From contig CAYNPO010000014.1 in the NCBI GenBank assembly GCA_964399165.1, forward strand, positions 12,147 to 76,146: 64,000 nt of DNA, read 5' to 3'. Of the stretch, positions 1 to 8,304 are shown piece by piece. The notes below the pieces were generated by a model that saw only the letters and a list, made by a program, of their open reading frames with translations, did no database searches and was not told where the DNA came from. The stretch's first letter is position 1; each line of letters opens with the position of its first letter. This DNA is from an uncultured Bacteriovoracaceae bacterium. Its GTDB lineage: Bacteria; Bdellovibrionota; Bacteriovoracia; Bacteriovoracales; Bacteriovoracaceae. The translations under genes and the position numbers were made by a program.

Positions 1-828
1 GAAGTCAGCGCGGGTTTCATGGCCTGGAAGCGCGTCCAACCAGGCGCGGGTTTCGTCGGAACGCGGGAAGACGCCCACTGCGGGAGTGGGGTGCAGGCGC
101 TCCACCAACTCCAGCGGATCCAGGGCGCGGTTGGCACGCAAAGTGATGGGCGTACGCAGATGTTCCAACGCCCCGGCTTTGGCCCAAGCGGTATCACCCA
201 AAACCACGTCCCCATGGGGATCCAAGCGCGAGACGATGTCATCCACCACCAAGCGGTGTTCGTGTTGCTCTTTTTCCTCAATGCCGGACTCGCGCTTCTG
301 CGCGGCCCACCGGGTTCCGGCCACTGCCATGGTGTGGAGCACCCGTCCACCAGCGTCCAGGCGGAACAGCCACTCGGGTGAAGCCCCCAGGACGCTTTCC
401 CCCGCCAACTCGGCCCCATAGGCGGCAAGTTCTTTTCCGAGAGCGCGCACCCGCGGGAGGAGTTTCTCCCACTGGGGGCGGGCATTGGGCAGTGGCGCGG
501 ATTGGGCCGCCCAAGGCACCCCTTTTTGGGCCTTCTTTCCCTGGATCAGGCGCTGCAAACCGTCGAAAGCACGGCTGAACTCTTCCCGTGGAGAGGGCAT
601 CCACTGCAAATCACGAGGGGAATCGGGCTTGCGGGACCCGGCCAATCCTTCACGGTCCACCAGTCTGAGGCTCGCCGCGGTAAGAAAGCTTGGACGAACG
701 CCTTCAAGAGGTTTAAAAGGCAGGATGGCGACCCCCCATTCCGCGTCTGGAGAAGCCTCAAACCAAGGCCCTTCACCGCACAGGATGAGATCGGGGGAAA
801 GCTCCAAAAAGAAACGTCCTTCCAGCAT
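1..828 (-). CDS. menF: Isochorismate synthase (MenF/EntC family), N-terminal 276 codons; C-terminus runs off the left edge
   Basis: Not in the ORF track (no stop inside the window). The reverse frame is open from 837 to 1, with ATG at 828. Translation MLEGRFFLELSPD...QHEHRLVVDDIVSRLDP...ALEHLRTPITLRANRALDPLELVERLHPTPAVGVFPR carries the chorismate-utilising LHPTPAVgG signature. Confidence 0.75.
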   Translation of the reverse strand, partial: MLEGRFFLELSPDLILCGEGPWFEASPDAEWGVAILPFKPLEGVRPSFLTAASLRLVDREGLAGSRKPDSPRDLQWMPSPREEFSRAFDGLQRLIQGKKAQKGVPWAAQSAPLPNARPQWEKLLPRVRALGKELAAYGAELAGESVLGASPEWLFRLDAGGRVLHTMAVAGTRWAAQKRESGIEEKEQHEHRLVVDDIVSRLDPHGDVVLGDTAWAKAGALEHLRTPITLRANRALDPLELVERLHPTPAVGVFPRSDETRAWLDALPGHETRADF

Positions 829-836
829 GGGAGGGC

Positions 837-842
837 ACTATA
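837..842 (-). promoter_or_regulatory. -10-like hexamer TATAGT, 8 nt upstream of the menF ATG (possible leaderless start)
   Basis: Reverse strand reads cccTATAGTgccctcccATG with no SD. The whole divergent spacer to aroF is 27 bp. Confidence 0.3.
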
Positions 843-855
843 GGGAGGAGCCTGT

Positions 856-1653
856 ATGAATGTAAAGTTCGCAGGACTCGATATCGGGGGCCGAAATTTC
901 ACCGTCATCGCCGGCCCTTGCGCGGTGGAGACCGAAGACCAGCTCATGCAGGCCGCGAACGCCGTCAAGGCCGCGGGAGCGCACGTCCTGCGCGGGGGGC
1001 TCTTCAAGCTGCGCACCCGCCCCGACGCCTTCCAGGGTCTTGGCCGCGACGGCCTTCCCATCGTCAAGACCGCCAAGCAAAAGACCGGCCTGCCGTTCTT
1101 GACCGAAGTGACGTCCGTGTCCCAGGTGGAGATGCTCGCCGAGAACTGCGACATCATCATGGTCGGAACCCGCAACATGTACAATTACGACTTGCTGAAG
1201 GAACTCGGTCGCGTGAAAGTGCCCGTGGTCCTGAAACGCGGCATGTCCGCCAAGGTAGAAGAGTGGATGCTCGCCGCCGAGTACATCGCCCGCGGCGGCA
1301 ATGACAAAATCATCTTGTGCGAGCGCGGGATCCGCACCTTCGAAACCGCCACTCGCAATACGCTGGATCTCGCCGGCGCCCTCTGGGCCAAGCAACGTTC
1401 CGCCCTGCCCGTGATCGTGGATCCGAGCCACGGCACCGGCATTCCCGCCTTGATCCCCGGCATGGCCGCCGCCGCGCTCGCCGCGGGCCTCGACGGCGTG
1501 ATGATTGAGGTCCACCCCATGCCCAGCGCCGCCCTCTCCGACGGCAGCCAGGCCCTGACCACCGAGCAATTCTCCGACCTCATGGCGAAACTCAAAAAGT
1601 TGGGCGAGGTCTGTAACCGCCCTTTGACGCCGCCCCCGGGGGGCTGGGCGTGA
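856..1653 (+). CDS. aroF: 3-deoxy-7-phosphoheptulonate (DAHP) synthase, class I-beta, no regulatory domain
   Basis: Strong SD GGGAGGAG 5 nt upstream of the ATG. Motifs IAGPCAVE, KLRTRPDAFQGLG, ILCERGIRTFE, IVDPSHGTG and ALSDGSQAL match the DAHPS/KDO8PS TIM-barrel family, DAHPS-type. Confidence 0.85.
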   Translation: MNVKFAGLDIGGRNFTVIAGPCAVETEDQLMQAANAVKAAGAHVLRGGLFKLRTRPDAFQGLGRDGLPIVKTAKQKTGLPFLTEVTSVSQVEMLAENCDIIMVGTRNMYNYDLLKELGRVKVPVVLKRGMSAKVEEWMLAAEYIARGGNDKIILCERGIRTFETATRNTLDLAGALWAKQRSALPVIVDPSHGTGIPALIPGMAAAALAAGLDGVMIEVHPMPSAALSDGSQALTTEQFSDLMAKLKKLGEVCNRPLTPPPGGWA

Positions 1654-2363
1654 GCCACGCCACCGCCAACAAGGCCGAGAAAGTCCAAAGCATCTTCGCC
1701 ACCATCGCCCCCCGCTACGACCTCGCCAACGACGTCATCTCGCTGGGTCGCTCCCACGCCTGGCGCGCCGAGGCCGTGCGCCTCTCCGGCGCCCGCCAAG
1801 GCCACTCCGTCTTAGACGTCGCCACCGGCACCGGCGACCTGGCCATCGCCTTCAAAAAAGTTGTGGGTGCCAACGGCCGCGTGGTCGGCGTGGACTTCTG
1901 CCCCGAGATGTTGGCTCCCGCCCCCGCCAAGGCCCGCTCCCGCGGGCTCGAGATCGAGTTCAAGCAGGGCGACGCCACCGCCCTCGAGTTCATGGACGCC
2001 ATGTTCGACGTGGTCAGCATCGCCTGGGGCTTAAGGAACGTCGCCGACACCGCCAAGGCCGTGCGCGAGATGTCCCGGGTACTCAAGCCCGGCGGCCGCC
2101 TGGTAGTGCTGGAGACCGGCCGCTCCGAGTGGCCAGTGTTCCGCCACGCCGTGGACTTCTACACCGCCAAGGTGATGCCCGTGTTCGGTGGTATCCTCAC
2201 CGGTTCCACCGATTCTTACCGCTACCTGGACGGGTCCTCCCGCGAGTTTCCTTACGGTGATAAGCTTGTTCAATTACTCAAGCGCGAGGGGGGCTTCGCC
2301 TCCGTCACGGCCCATCCGTTGTTCGGAGGCGTTAGCTACGTCTATGAGTGTCGCAAAGCCTGA
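1650..2363 (+). CDS. ubiE: Demethylmenaquinone/ubiquinone methyltransferase UbiE/MenG
   Basis: GTG start overlaps the aroF stop (GTGA). FATIAPRYDLANDVISLGRSHAWR, the SAM motif VLDVATGTGDLA and LKPGGRLVVLE are typical of UbiE. Confidence 0.9.
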   Translation: MSHATANKAEKVQSIFATIAPRYDLANDVISLGRSHAWRAEAVRLSGARQGHSVLDVATGTGDLAIAFKKVVGANGRVVGVDFCPEMLAPAPAKARSRGLEIEFKQGDATALEFMDAMFDVVSIAWGLRNVADTAKAVREMSRVLKPGGRLVVLETGRSEWPVFRHAVDFYTAKVMPVFGGILTGSTDSYRYLDGSSREFPYGDKLVQLLKREGGFASVTAHPLFGGVSYVYECRKA

Positions 2364-2993
2364 TCAAAACTCGTAGCGATACACGGGCTCAATGGGATAG
2401 CTCTTGTCGATGGTCACCAGCTCCTTCAGGAGCCCGGTGGCCATGTCGAAGACCCAACCGTGGAGGTAAAGGTCCTTCCCCTTGGCCCAGGCCCGCTGGA
2501 CGATGGCTGTGTGGGTGAGGTTCTTCGCCTGCTCGATGGTGTTGAGTTCCACCAAACGGTTCGTGCGGGCGTCCTCGCCCTCGATGCGCTGGAGCTCGGA
2601 CCAATTCACGTTGGCGATGTCCTTGATGTTCCGGAGCCACTTGTCGATGGGCCCCAAGGACTGGTGGGTGAGGGAGGCTTTCACGCCGCCGCAGCCGTAG
2701 TGGCCGCAGATGATGATATGTTTCACCCCCAGGTGATCCACGGCGTACTCCACCACGCTCATGAGGCTCAGGTCGGTGTGGATCACCAGGTTGGCGATGT
2801 TGCGCGCGACGAACATCTCGCCCGGGTTGCAGCCAGTGATCTCGTTGGGCGGAACGCGCGAGTCGGAGCAACCGATCCAGAGGAATGTGGGCTGCTGGCC
2901 CTTGGCCATTTCCTTGAAGTAGGTGGGGTTGACCACGGTCTTTTCTTGGACCCAGGCCTTGTTCTCGAGCATCAGGCGGTTGGCGTCTTTCAT
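2364..2993 (-). CDS. can: Beta-class carbonic anhydrase
   Basis: Zinc-ligand motifs CSDSRVPP and ICGHYGCGGV. About 209 aa, typical of Can/CynT-type beta-CA. Confidence 0.9.
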   Translation of the reverse strand: MKDANRLMLENKAWVQEKTVVNPTYFKEMAKGQQPTFLWIGCSDSRVPPNEITGCNPGEMFVARNIANLVIHTDLSLMSVVEYAVDHLGVKHIIICGHYGCGGVKASLTHQSLGPIDKWLRNIKDIANVNWSELQRIEGEDARTNRLVELNTIEQAKNLTHTAIVQRAWAKGKDLYLHGWVFDMATGLLKELVTIDKSYPIEPVYRYEF

Positions 2994-2996
2994 GGC

Positions 2997-4529
2997 TTAC
3001 TCCTTAAACAGCGCGCAGAGCGCGAGGGGGGATTTCTGCAGGCGCACGGTTATGCGGCGCCCGGGGGCGGACTCGAGGAAGTCTTCCACGAGCTCGACGA
3101 TGTCATGGTCAATACTGATGGAGCGGGACCCGTCCAATACCACGCTCGTGCCGTCGGGCAGGTCCCGCAAGATGGCGCGGATGCGCGCTTTTTGAAGGAA
3201 GGAGATGTCCTTGTGGAAGCGCAGGAGCACTTCGCCGTCCTGGCGTATCACCATCAACGCGGCCTTTGCGTTGGCCCGCAGCACGAAGAACAGTCCCACC
3301 ATCAGCCCGATGCCGATGCCGGTGAGAAGGTCCGTGAGGAGGATGGCCACCACGGTCGTGGTGAACGGGACGAACTGGGATCTCCCCCGGCGCCACTCTT
3401 GGACGAAGAGCTTCGGAGAGGCGAGTTTCCAACCTACCAGCAACAGCACCGCCGCCAACGCGGAGAGCGGGATCCGGTTGAGCACGTGGGGGAAGAAGAT
3501 GACGGCCGCCAGAAGCCACACACCGTGCATGAAGGCCGAAGAGCGATGGAGCCCCCCGCCGGCGACGTTGGCGGAAGTGCGCACGATCACCGCTGTCATG
3601 GGCAATCCGCCCAGAAGGCCCGAGATCAAATTCGCGACGCCTTGTCCGCGCAGTTCCTTGTTCTTGCGCGAAAGACGCTTGAGGGGGTCAATTTTGTCGG
3701 CGGCATCCAGTGATAGGAGAGTCTCCAGGGAGGCGACGATTGCGAGAGTGAGGGCGACTTTCCAAACTTTCGGGTTGGCCATCGCCTCCCACTGGGGCGC
3801 AGAGAATCCGGCCAGGAAGCTTCCGATGCCGCCCGCGAAGGGCAGGCGAACTAAGTGGTCGTTGTCGATGCGCAGGGCCTCGGAGCCCGCGAACAACGTC
3901 TCGTTGAGCAACACGCCCACGACCACGGCCACCAGGGCGCTCGGAACCAGGGCCACTTTGGGCAAACGCTTCACTAAGAACTTATCCCAGAAAAGCATGA
4001 GGCCCAGGGCGGTTGTGGAGACCAGGGTCGCGCCCCAGTGCAGCCTCTGCCATCCGTGGAGAAGACCGCTGAGCGTGTTCTCGCCGTCAATGTCGCCGAA
4101 GCTTTCGTCTCCCATGTAGTCGGCATCCCAGCCGACGGCGTGGGGCAACTGTTTCAGGATGAGAATGAGGCCGATGGCGGCGAGCATGCCCTTGATGACG
4201 GCGGTGGGGAAGAAGTTCCCCAACTCACCGGCCTTTAACAGACCGAGCGCCAGCTGCATCACACCGGCCAAGGCCACGGCTGCGGTGAAAGGGGCGAATC
4301 CCCCCAAATCGGCGATGGCCGCGGCGACGATGGTGGTGAGGCCCGCGGCTGGGCCGGAGACAGAAACTTCAGAGCCACCCAGGAGTCCCAAAACGGTCCC
4401 CCCAAGGATGCCGGCGATGATGCCGGAAGAGAGAGGGGCGCCGGAGGCCAAGGCGATGCCCAGGCAGAGGGGGAGCGCGACTAAGAATACGACGACGGAA
4501 GCACGAAAATCGGCGGCGGTGAAACGCAT
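2997..4529 (-). CDS. SulP-family inorganic anion (sulfate/bicarbonate) transporter with C-terminal STAS domain
   Basis: N-terminus FLVALPLCLGIALASGAP. Many hydrophobic segments. STAS-like C-terminus (VIRQDGEVLLRFHKDISFLQKARI...VVLDGS). SD GAGGA upstream. Only 3 nt separate it from the downstream carbonic anhydrase. Confidence 0.9.
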   Translation of the reverse strand: MRFTAADFRASVVVFLVALPLCLGIALASGAPLSSGIIAGILGGTVLGLLGGSEVSVSGPAAGLTTIVAAAIADLGGFAPFTAAVALAGVMQLALGLLKAGELGNFFPTAVIKGMLAAIGLILILKQLPHAVGWDADYMGDESFGDIDGENTLSGLLHGWQRLHWGATLVSTTALGLMLFWDKFLVKRLPKVALVPSALVAVVVGVLLNETLFAGSEALRIDNDHLVRLPFAGGIGSFLAGFSAPQWEAMANPKVWKVALTLAIVASLETLLSLDAADKIDPLKRLSRKNKELRGQGVANLISGLLGGLPMTAVIVRTSANVAGGGLHRSSAFMHGVWLLAAVIFFPHVLNRIPLSALAAVLLLVGWKLASPKLFVQEWRRGRSQFVPFTTTVVAILLTDLLTGIGIGLMVGLFFVLRANAKAALMVIRQDGEVLLRFHKDISFLQKARIRAILRDLPDGTSVVLDGSRSISIDHDIVELVEDFLESAPGRRITVRLQKSPLALCALFKE

Positions 4530-4574
4530 GGGAGATCCTCTAAATCGAGTTCTAAGAATCGGAAGGGGGGCCGT

Positions 4575-4850
4575 TCAGGACCGACTGGGAGGGCGGGGGA
4601 TCGCGCGGGGATGGTATTGGGAGAGCAGGAGACGGGGTGGGAGCCAGCCCAGGCTCGCGAAGCTGTCATTGGCCGGGGCTGTGTGATGTGAGAGAGGAAC
4701 GGCCTTCAGCGTGTGGTCTTCAACGTTCTCGATGTTTTCCACGGGGGCGCTGCTACCTGGGGCCATCGCTCCGGGATTGGGGACGATGGCAGCCAGGGCG
4801 AGAGAAGCTGTGAAAACAACCAGGAGGGAGAGGGCCTTCAAAAGGGACAT
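4575..4850 (-). CDS. Hypothetical small secreted protein (weak call)
   Basis: N-terminal signal-like MSLLKALSLLVVFTASLALAA. No SD. The C-terminal third is Pro/Arg-rich and may be non-coding read-through. Confidence 0.3.
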   Translation of the reverse strand: MSLLKALSLLVVFTASLALAAIVPNPGAMAPGSSAPVENIENVEDHTLKAVPLSHHTAPANDSFASLGWLPPRLLLSQYHPRAIPRPPSRS

Positions 4851-4905
4851 GAAGGGATATTAATCTAAAACGCGATTGAGGGGAACCGGGGAAGTCCGCA
4901 ATTTT

Positions 4906-5859
4906 TCAGGTTTCCGGATTTTTAACCAAACGCAAACCTCGGCGGCGAGGAGTGCTTTGGTCCAGAACTGTCTGGCGGGCCTCCAGGTAGCGCTGCCGCC
5001 ACCGCTGTTCCTCGGGACCATCACCGAGCTTGCGCAGCCATTCCTCGTCGGTTCCCGGGAGGTCGGCGCCATAGCGCTCCATCAGATAGGCGTCCAAGTG
5101 TTCTTGCCATTCCCTCAGGCGCATGTGGAAGGCCGAAGGGTCCACGCGGGTGGGATCGTCGGCCTCCGTGAGCAGCGTGGGATCCAACCAGAGCGGGGCC
5201 AGTCGGCGCGGATGCGCGATGGCGAACCACGCTTCGGCCAATTCGGCCCAGAGGTCCTGTTCAAAACCTCGGGCACGGAACTCGTCGGCCGGCGCGAGGT
5301 AGCGCATGAAGGGCGCGAGCCATGTAAGCTCACGCTCGACGTGTTCGAGGAAGGCTTCGTGGCGGCTGATGCCCATGAGGCGCGCGCCGGTGAGGGGATC
5401 GCGGCGCCAGAGGTCCATCACGATTTCTTTGAGACCCTCGTCCACTAGGCCCGCGCGCAAACACAAAATCACCAGGGCGAGGCGAAACTCGTTTTCCGGG
5501 TGCATGCCTTTGATCCACTTGCGGGCAGTGGGGGCGGCGGCGGCGGGCACAGCGGTTTCCACCAAGCGCAGGATCTTGTGCTGCAAGAACGGGCTGGCGT
5601 CGTCCACCCAGTTGTAAAGTTCCGCGCACAGCCCGAGCGCCTCCGGATGGCCCGCGGCGGTGAGTACCGCCAAGGCATTGCCCATTCGCAGGTCCCAATG
5701 GGCGTCTGGGTCTTCGGTCAAGGACATGCGGTGGTCCAGGAAGCCCATGAGCTCTTCCAGGACGGCGGGTTGTGGGTGGGGCATCCGCATCAGCATGTAG
5801 ACCGGGAGGTCCATGGTGAGTTCAGTGACTTCGGACGCGTTGGCGAAGGTCTCCATCAC
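4906..5859 (-). CDS. Hypothetical protein (helical, acidic; no family recognised)
   Basis: 317-codon ORF with balanced composition. GTG at 5859 is immediately followed by ATG at 5856. TATAAA lies 7 nt upstream of that ATG and there is no SD. Confidence 0.55.
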   Translation of the reverse strand: MMETFANASEVTELTMDLPVYMLMRMPHPQPAVLEELMGFLDHRMSLTEDPDAHWDLRMGNALAVLTAAGHPEALGLCAELYNWVDDASPFLQHKILRLVETAVPAAAAPTARKWIKGMHPENEFRLALVILCLRAGLVDEGLKEIVMDLWRRDPLTGARLMGISRHEAFLEHVERELTWLAPFMRYLAPADEFRARGFEQDLWAELAEAWFAIAHPRRLAPLWLDPTLLTEADDPTRVDPSAFHMRLREWQEHLDAYLMERYGADLPGTDEEWLRKLGDGPEEQRWRQRYLEARQTVLDQSTPRRRGLRLVKNPET

Positions 5860-5863
5860 GCTT

Positions 5864-5869
5864 TTTATA
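5864..5869 (-). promoter_or_regulatory. -10-like hexamer TATAAA, 7 nt upstream of the ATG at 5856
   Basis: Reverse strand reads gcTATAAAaagcgtgATG with no SD. Confidence 0.3.
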
Positions 5870-5941
5870 GCAAGAGCTAAGCCTGACTGCCAAGGGCGGC
5901 AGAAAACAACGCCATGAATAAAATTGAGTTATTCCGATAAC

Positions 5942-7204
5942 TTACAGTCTCTCGTCGGAACATTCCCGGGGGAATAGTCCTTTGACGTCATAGACGACGC
6001 TCTTCCCTTTGCACAAGTCTTTGAGAGGGAGTTCCTTGAACTGATTGTGTCCGACCGCCACGATGACGGCGTCGTAGGTGGGGAGGGCGGCGAGTTTCTC
6101 TCGTCCCACCATGCGCAATCCGTACTCGTGCTCCACCTCGGCGGGATCGGCCCAGGGGTCGTACACGTCCACTTCCATGTTGAACTCGCGCAGCTCGGCG
6201 ATGATGTCCACCACGCGGGAGTTGCGGATGTCCGGGCAGTTCTCCTTGAAGGTCAGGCCCAGCACCATGGCCTTGGCGCCGCGGACCTGGTGGCCCTTGC
6301 GGATCAGGTGCTTCACGGTCTGGCGGGCGATGTGGGCGCCCATGCCGTCGTTGATGCGCCGGCCGGAGAGGATCACCTGCGGGTGGTAGCCCAGCATCTC
6401 GGCCTTGTGGGTGAGGTAGTAGGGGTCCACGCCGATGCAGTGGCCGCCCACCAGCCCCGGGCTGAACTTGAGGAAGTTCCACTTGGTGCCTGCGGCTTCC
6501 AGCACTTCCTTGGTGTCGATTCCCATCTGGTTGAAGATGAGGGAGAGCTCGTTCACGAAGGCGATGTTGATGTCGCGCTGGCTGTTCTCGATGACCTTGG
6601 CGGCCTCGGCCACGCGGATGGAGGAGGCCTTGTGGGTGCCGGCGGTGATGATGGAGGCGTAGAGGGCGTCGACCTTGTCCGCGATGGCGGGCGTGGAGCC
6701 GCTGGTGACTTTCTTGATCTTGGTGACGGTGTGCTCTTTGTCGCCCGGGTTGATGCGCTCGGGGCTGTAGCCGCAGAAGAAGTCCACGTTGTACTTGAGC
6801 CCGGAGCACTTCTCCAACACGGGGACGCAATCCTCTTCGGTGCAACCGGGGTAGACGGTGGATTCGTAGATGACGACGTCGCCCTTTTTGAGCACACCGC
6901 CCACGGTGCGGGAGGCGGCGAGGATCGGCGTGAGGTCGGGGCGTTTGGCGGCGTCGATAGGAGTGGGGACGGTGACGATGAAGACGTTGGCGCGTTTGAG
7001 GTCGGCGGTGTCTGAAGAGAAGAGCATTTTGGTGGCGCGCAGGTCATCGGAGGAAACTTCCAGGGTGTGGTCCTTCCCGGCCTTGAGCTCGGCGATCCGC
7101 TCTGCCTTCACGTCGAAACCGATGACGTCGTGTTTTTTGGCGAATTCGACGGCCAAGGGGAGGCCTACGTAGCCTAGGCCCAGGATGGCGATGGTGTCGG
7201 ACAC
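5942..7204 (-). CDS. UDP-N-acetyl-hexosamine 6-dehydrogenase (nucleotide-sugar dehydrogenase, TviB/WbpO/WbpA/CapL type)
   Basis: The track start at 7285 is an over-extension; GTG at 7204 is preceded by AAGGAG with a 5-nt spacer. Rossmann motif ILGLGYVGLPLAVEFAK and catalytic-Cys motif GGHCIGVDPYYL. Confidence 0.9.
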   Translation of the reverse strand: MSDTIAILGLGYVGLPLAVEFAKKHDVIGFDVKAERIAELKAGKDHTLEVSSDDLRATKMLFSSDTADLKRANVFIVTVPTPIDAAKRPDLTPILAASRTVGGVLKKGDVVIYESTVYPGCTEEDCVPVLEKCSGLKYNVDFFCGYSPERINPGDKEHTVTKIKKVTSGSTPAIADKVDALYASIITAGTHKASSIRVAEAAKVIENSQRDINIAFVNELSLIFNQMGIDTKEVLEAAGTKWNFLKFSPGLVGGHCIGVDPYYLTHKAEMLGYHPQVILSGRRINDGMGAHIARQTVKHLIRKGHQVRGAKAMVLGLTFKENCPDIRNSRVVDIIAELREFNMEVDVYDPWADPAEVEHEYGLRMVGREKLAALPTYDAVIVAVGHNQFKELPLKDLCKGKSVVYDVKGLFPRECSDERL

Positions 7205-7332
7205 GGGAACTCCTTGAGAAGAATCCCAGGATACTATATTCCCTCCCAAGAGTGGTCCAGGTAATGTCGTTGTGCAGTATACCAAGACTCTGTCGTGGCG
7301 CGCTCCTTTCCACTCTGATAATCCTTTAGGTC

Positions 7333-8304
7333 ATGAAAACCGTACTACTCACCGGCGTCGCAGGATTCATCGCGTCCAAGACAGGGGAATTCCTCCTGGA
7401 CCAAGGCGTGGAAGTGATCGGCGTCGACAACTTGAACGACTACTACGATCCCCGTCTGAAAGAGCACCGGCTAGAGGGTCTTACCGGCCGCGACGGTTTC
7501 ACCTTTTACAAAATCGACATCGAGAACAAAGCCGCGCTGGCGGGCCTATTCCGGCGTCACAAGTTCGACGCCGTCTTCAACCTGGCGGCCAGGGCGGGCG
7601 TGCGCGCCTCCATGGAAAATCCCCATGTCTACATGACCACCAATGCCATCGGGACATTGAACCTGATGGACTTGATGGTGGAACACAGAGTGAAGAAACT
7701 CGTGCTGGCATCCACGTCCTCGCTCTATGCCGGCCAGCCCATGCCTTTCCTCGAGACGCTGCCGGTGAACACACCGATCTCTCCCTACGCGGCCTCTAAG
7801 AAAGCCGCCGAGGTCATGGCGTACTCTTACCACTACCTCTATGGGTTGGATGTGTCCGTGGTGCGCTACTTCACAGTGTACGGTCCTGCCGGTCGGCCCG
7901 ACATGAGCATTTACCGCTTCATCCAATGGATCGATGACGGAACTCCCTTGGAACTCTTTGGAGACGGGCAACAAGCTCGCGACTTCACTTTTGTGGACGA
8001 CATCGCCCGTGGAACCATTGCGGCTGGCCGCCAAGTCGGTTACGAGGTGATCAACCTGGGCGGCGGCAACAATCCCGTGAGTCTCCTCACTGTGATCGGC
8101 ATGGCGGAGAAATTTCTGGGCAAGAAGGCCACCTTCGCGCGCAAGGAATTCCACAAGGCGGACATCAAAGAAACCTGGGCGGACATCTCCAAGGCTGGGC
8201 ACCTGCTGGGGTGGAAGCCGGCTGTTCCTCTCGAAGAGGGAATCCGCCAGTGCTGCGAGTGGTACCTCGCTAACAAGCACCGCGGGTTCAAGATTCCCAG
8301 ATGA
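7333..8304 (+). CDS. NAD-dependent nucleotide-sugar (uronate) 4-epimerase, SDR family (TviC/WbpP/Cap1J-like)
   Basis: LLTGVAGFIASK (GxxGxxG), YAASKKAAE (YxxxK) and DYYDPRLKEHRL are typical of UDP-GlcA/GlcNAcA 4-epimerases. Divergent from the dehydrogenase. Confidence 0.85.
   Translation: MKTVLLTGVAGFIASKTGEFLLDQGVEVIGVDNLNDYYDPRLKEHRLEGLTGRDGFTFYKIDIENKAALAGLFRRHKFDAVFNLAARAGVRASMENPHVYMTTNAIGTLNLMDLMVEHRVKKLVLASTSSLYAGQPMPFLETLPVNTPISPYAASKKAAEVMAYSYHYLYGLDVSVVRYFTVYGPAGRPDMSIYRFIQWIDDGTPLELFGDGQQARDFTFVDDIARGTIAAGRQVGYEVINLGGGNNPVSLLTVIGMAEKFLGKKATFARKEFHKADIKETWADISKAGHLLGWKPAVPLEEGIRQCCEWYLANKHRGFKIPR

Noticed and set aside
1638-1644. Numerous G7/C7 tracts (e.g. 1638-1644, 11024-11030, 18906-12, 40930-36, 46443-49, 46827-33, 47365-71, 63609-15) as phase-variation sites
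   Set aside because: Runs of 6-7 encode Gly-Gly or Pro-Pro and are expected many times by chance at this GC content. If anything they are under-represented here. Only the G10 and the two G8 tracts were kept, as a low-confidence finding.
2460-3713. 417-aa plus-strand ORF, and similar long ORFs at 838-1569(-), 6047-7015(+), 7546-8310(-), 17293-18000(+), 24786-25805(-), 25939-26622(-), 46438-47184(-), 54108-54953(-) and 62029-62721(-)
   Set aside because: Each lies antisense to, or out of frame with, a gene that has strong family signatures. Their translations are Gly/Ala/Arg/Pro/His/Val-rich low-complexity strings typical of open antisense frames in GC-rich DNA.
5860-5941. Hairpin CTGCC-aagggc-GGCAG (about 5889-5904) as a terminator after the dehydrogenase gene
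   Set aside because: The stem is only 5 bp, there is no U-tract on the relevant strand, and it sits in the promoter region of the next gene. This is too weak to call.
5942-7285. N-terminal extensions proposed by the ORF track (also 15288-16694, 16586-17380, 20127-21251, 22201-22809, 22715-24526, 43860-44843, 49648-50454, 50343-51254, 51173-52792, 55265-56545, 58349-59635, 60271-61467, 61413-62738)
   Set aside because: The extensions overlap the upstream gene or cross divergent spacers, and are Arg/Pro-rich. Internal ATG/GTG codons give ATGA-type coupling or have a proper SD, and they coincide with the conserved N-termini of the families.
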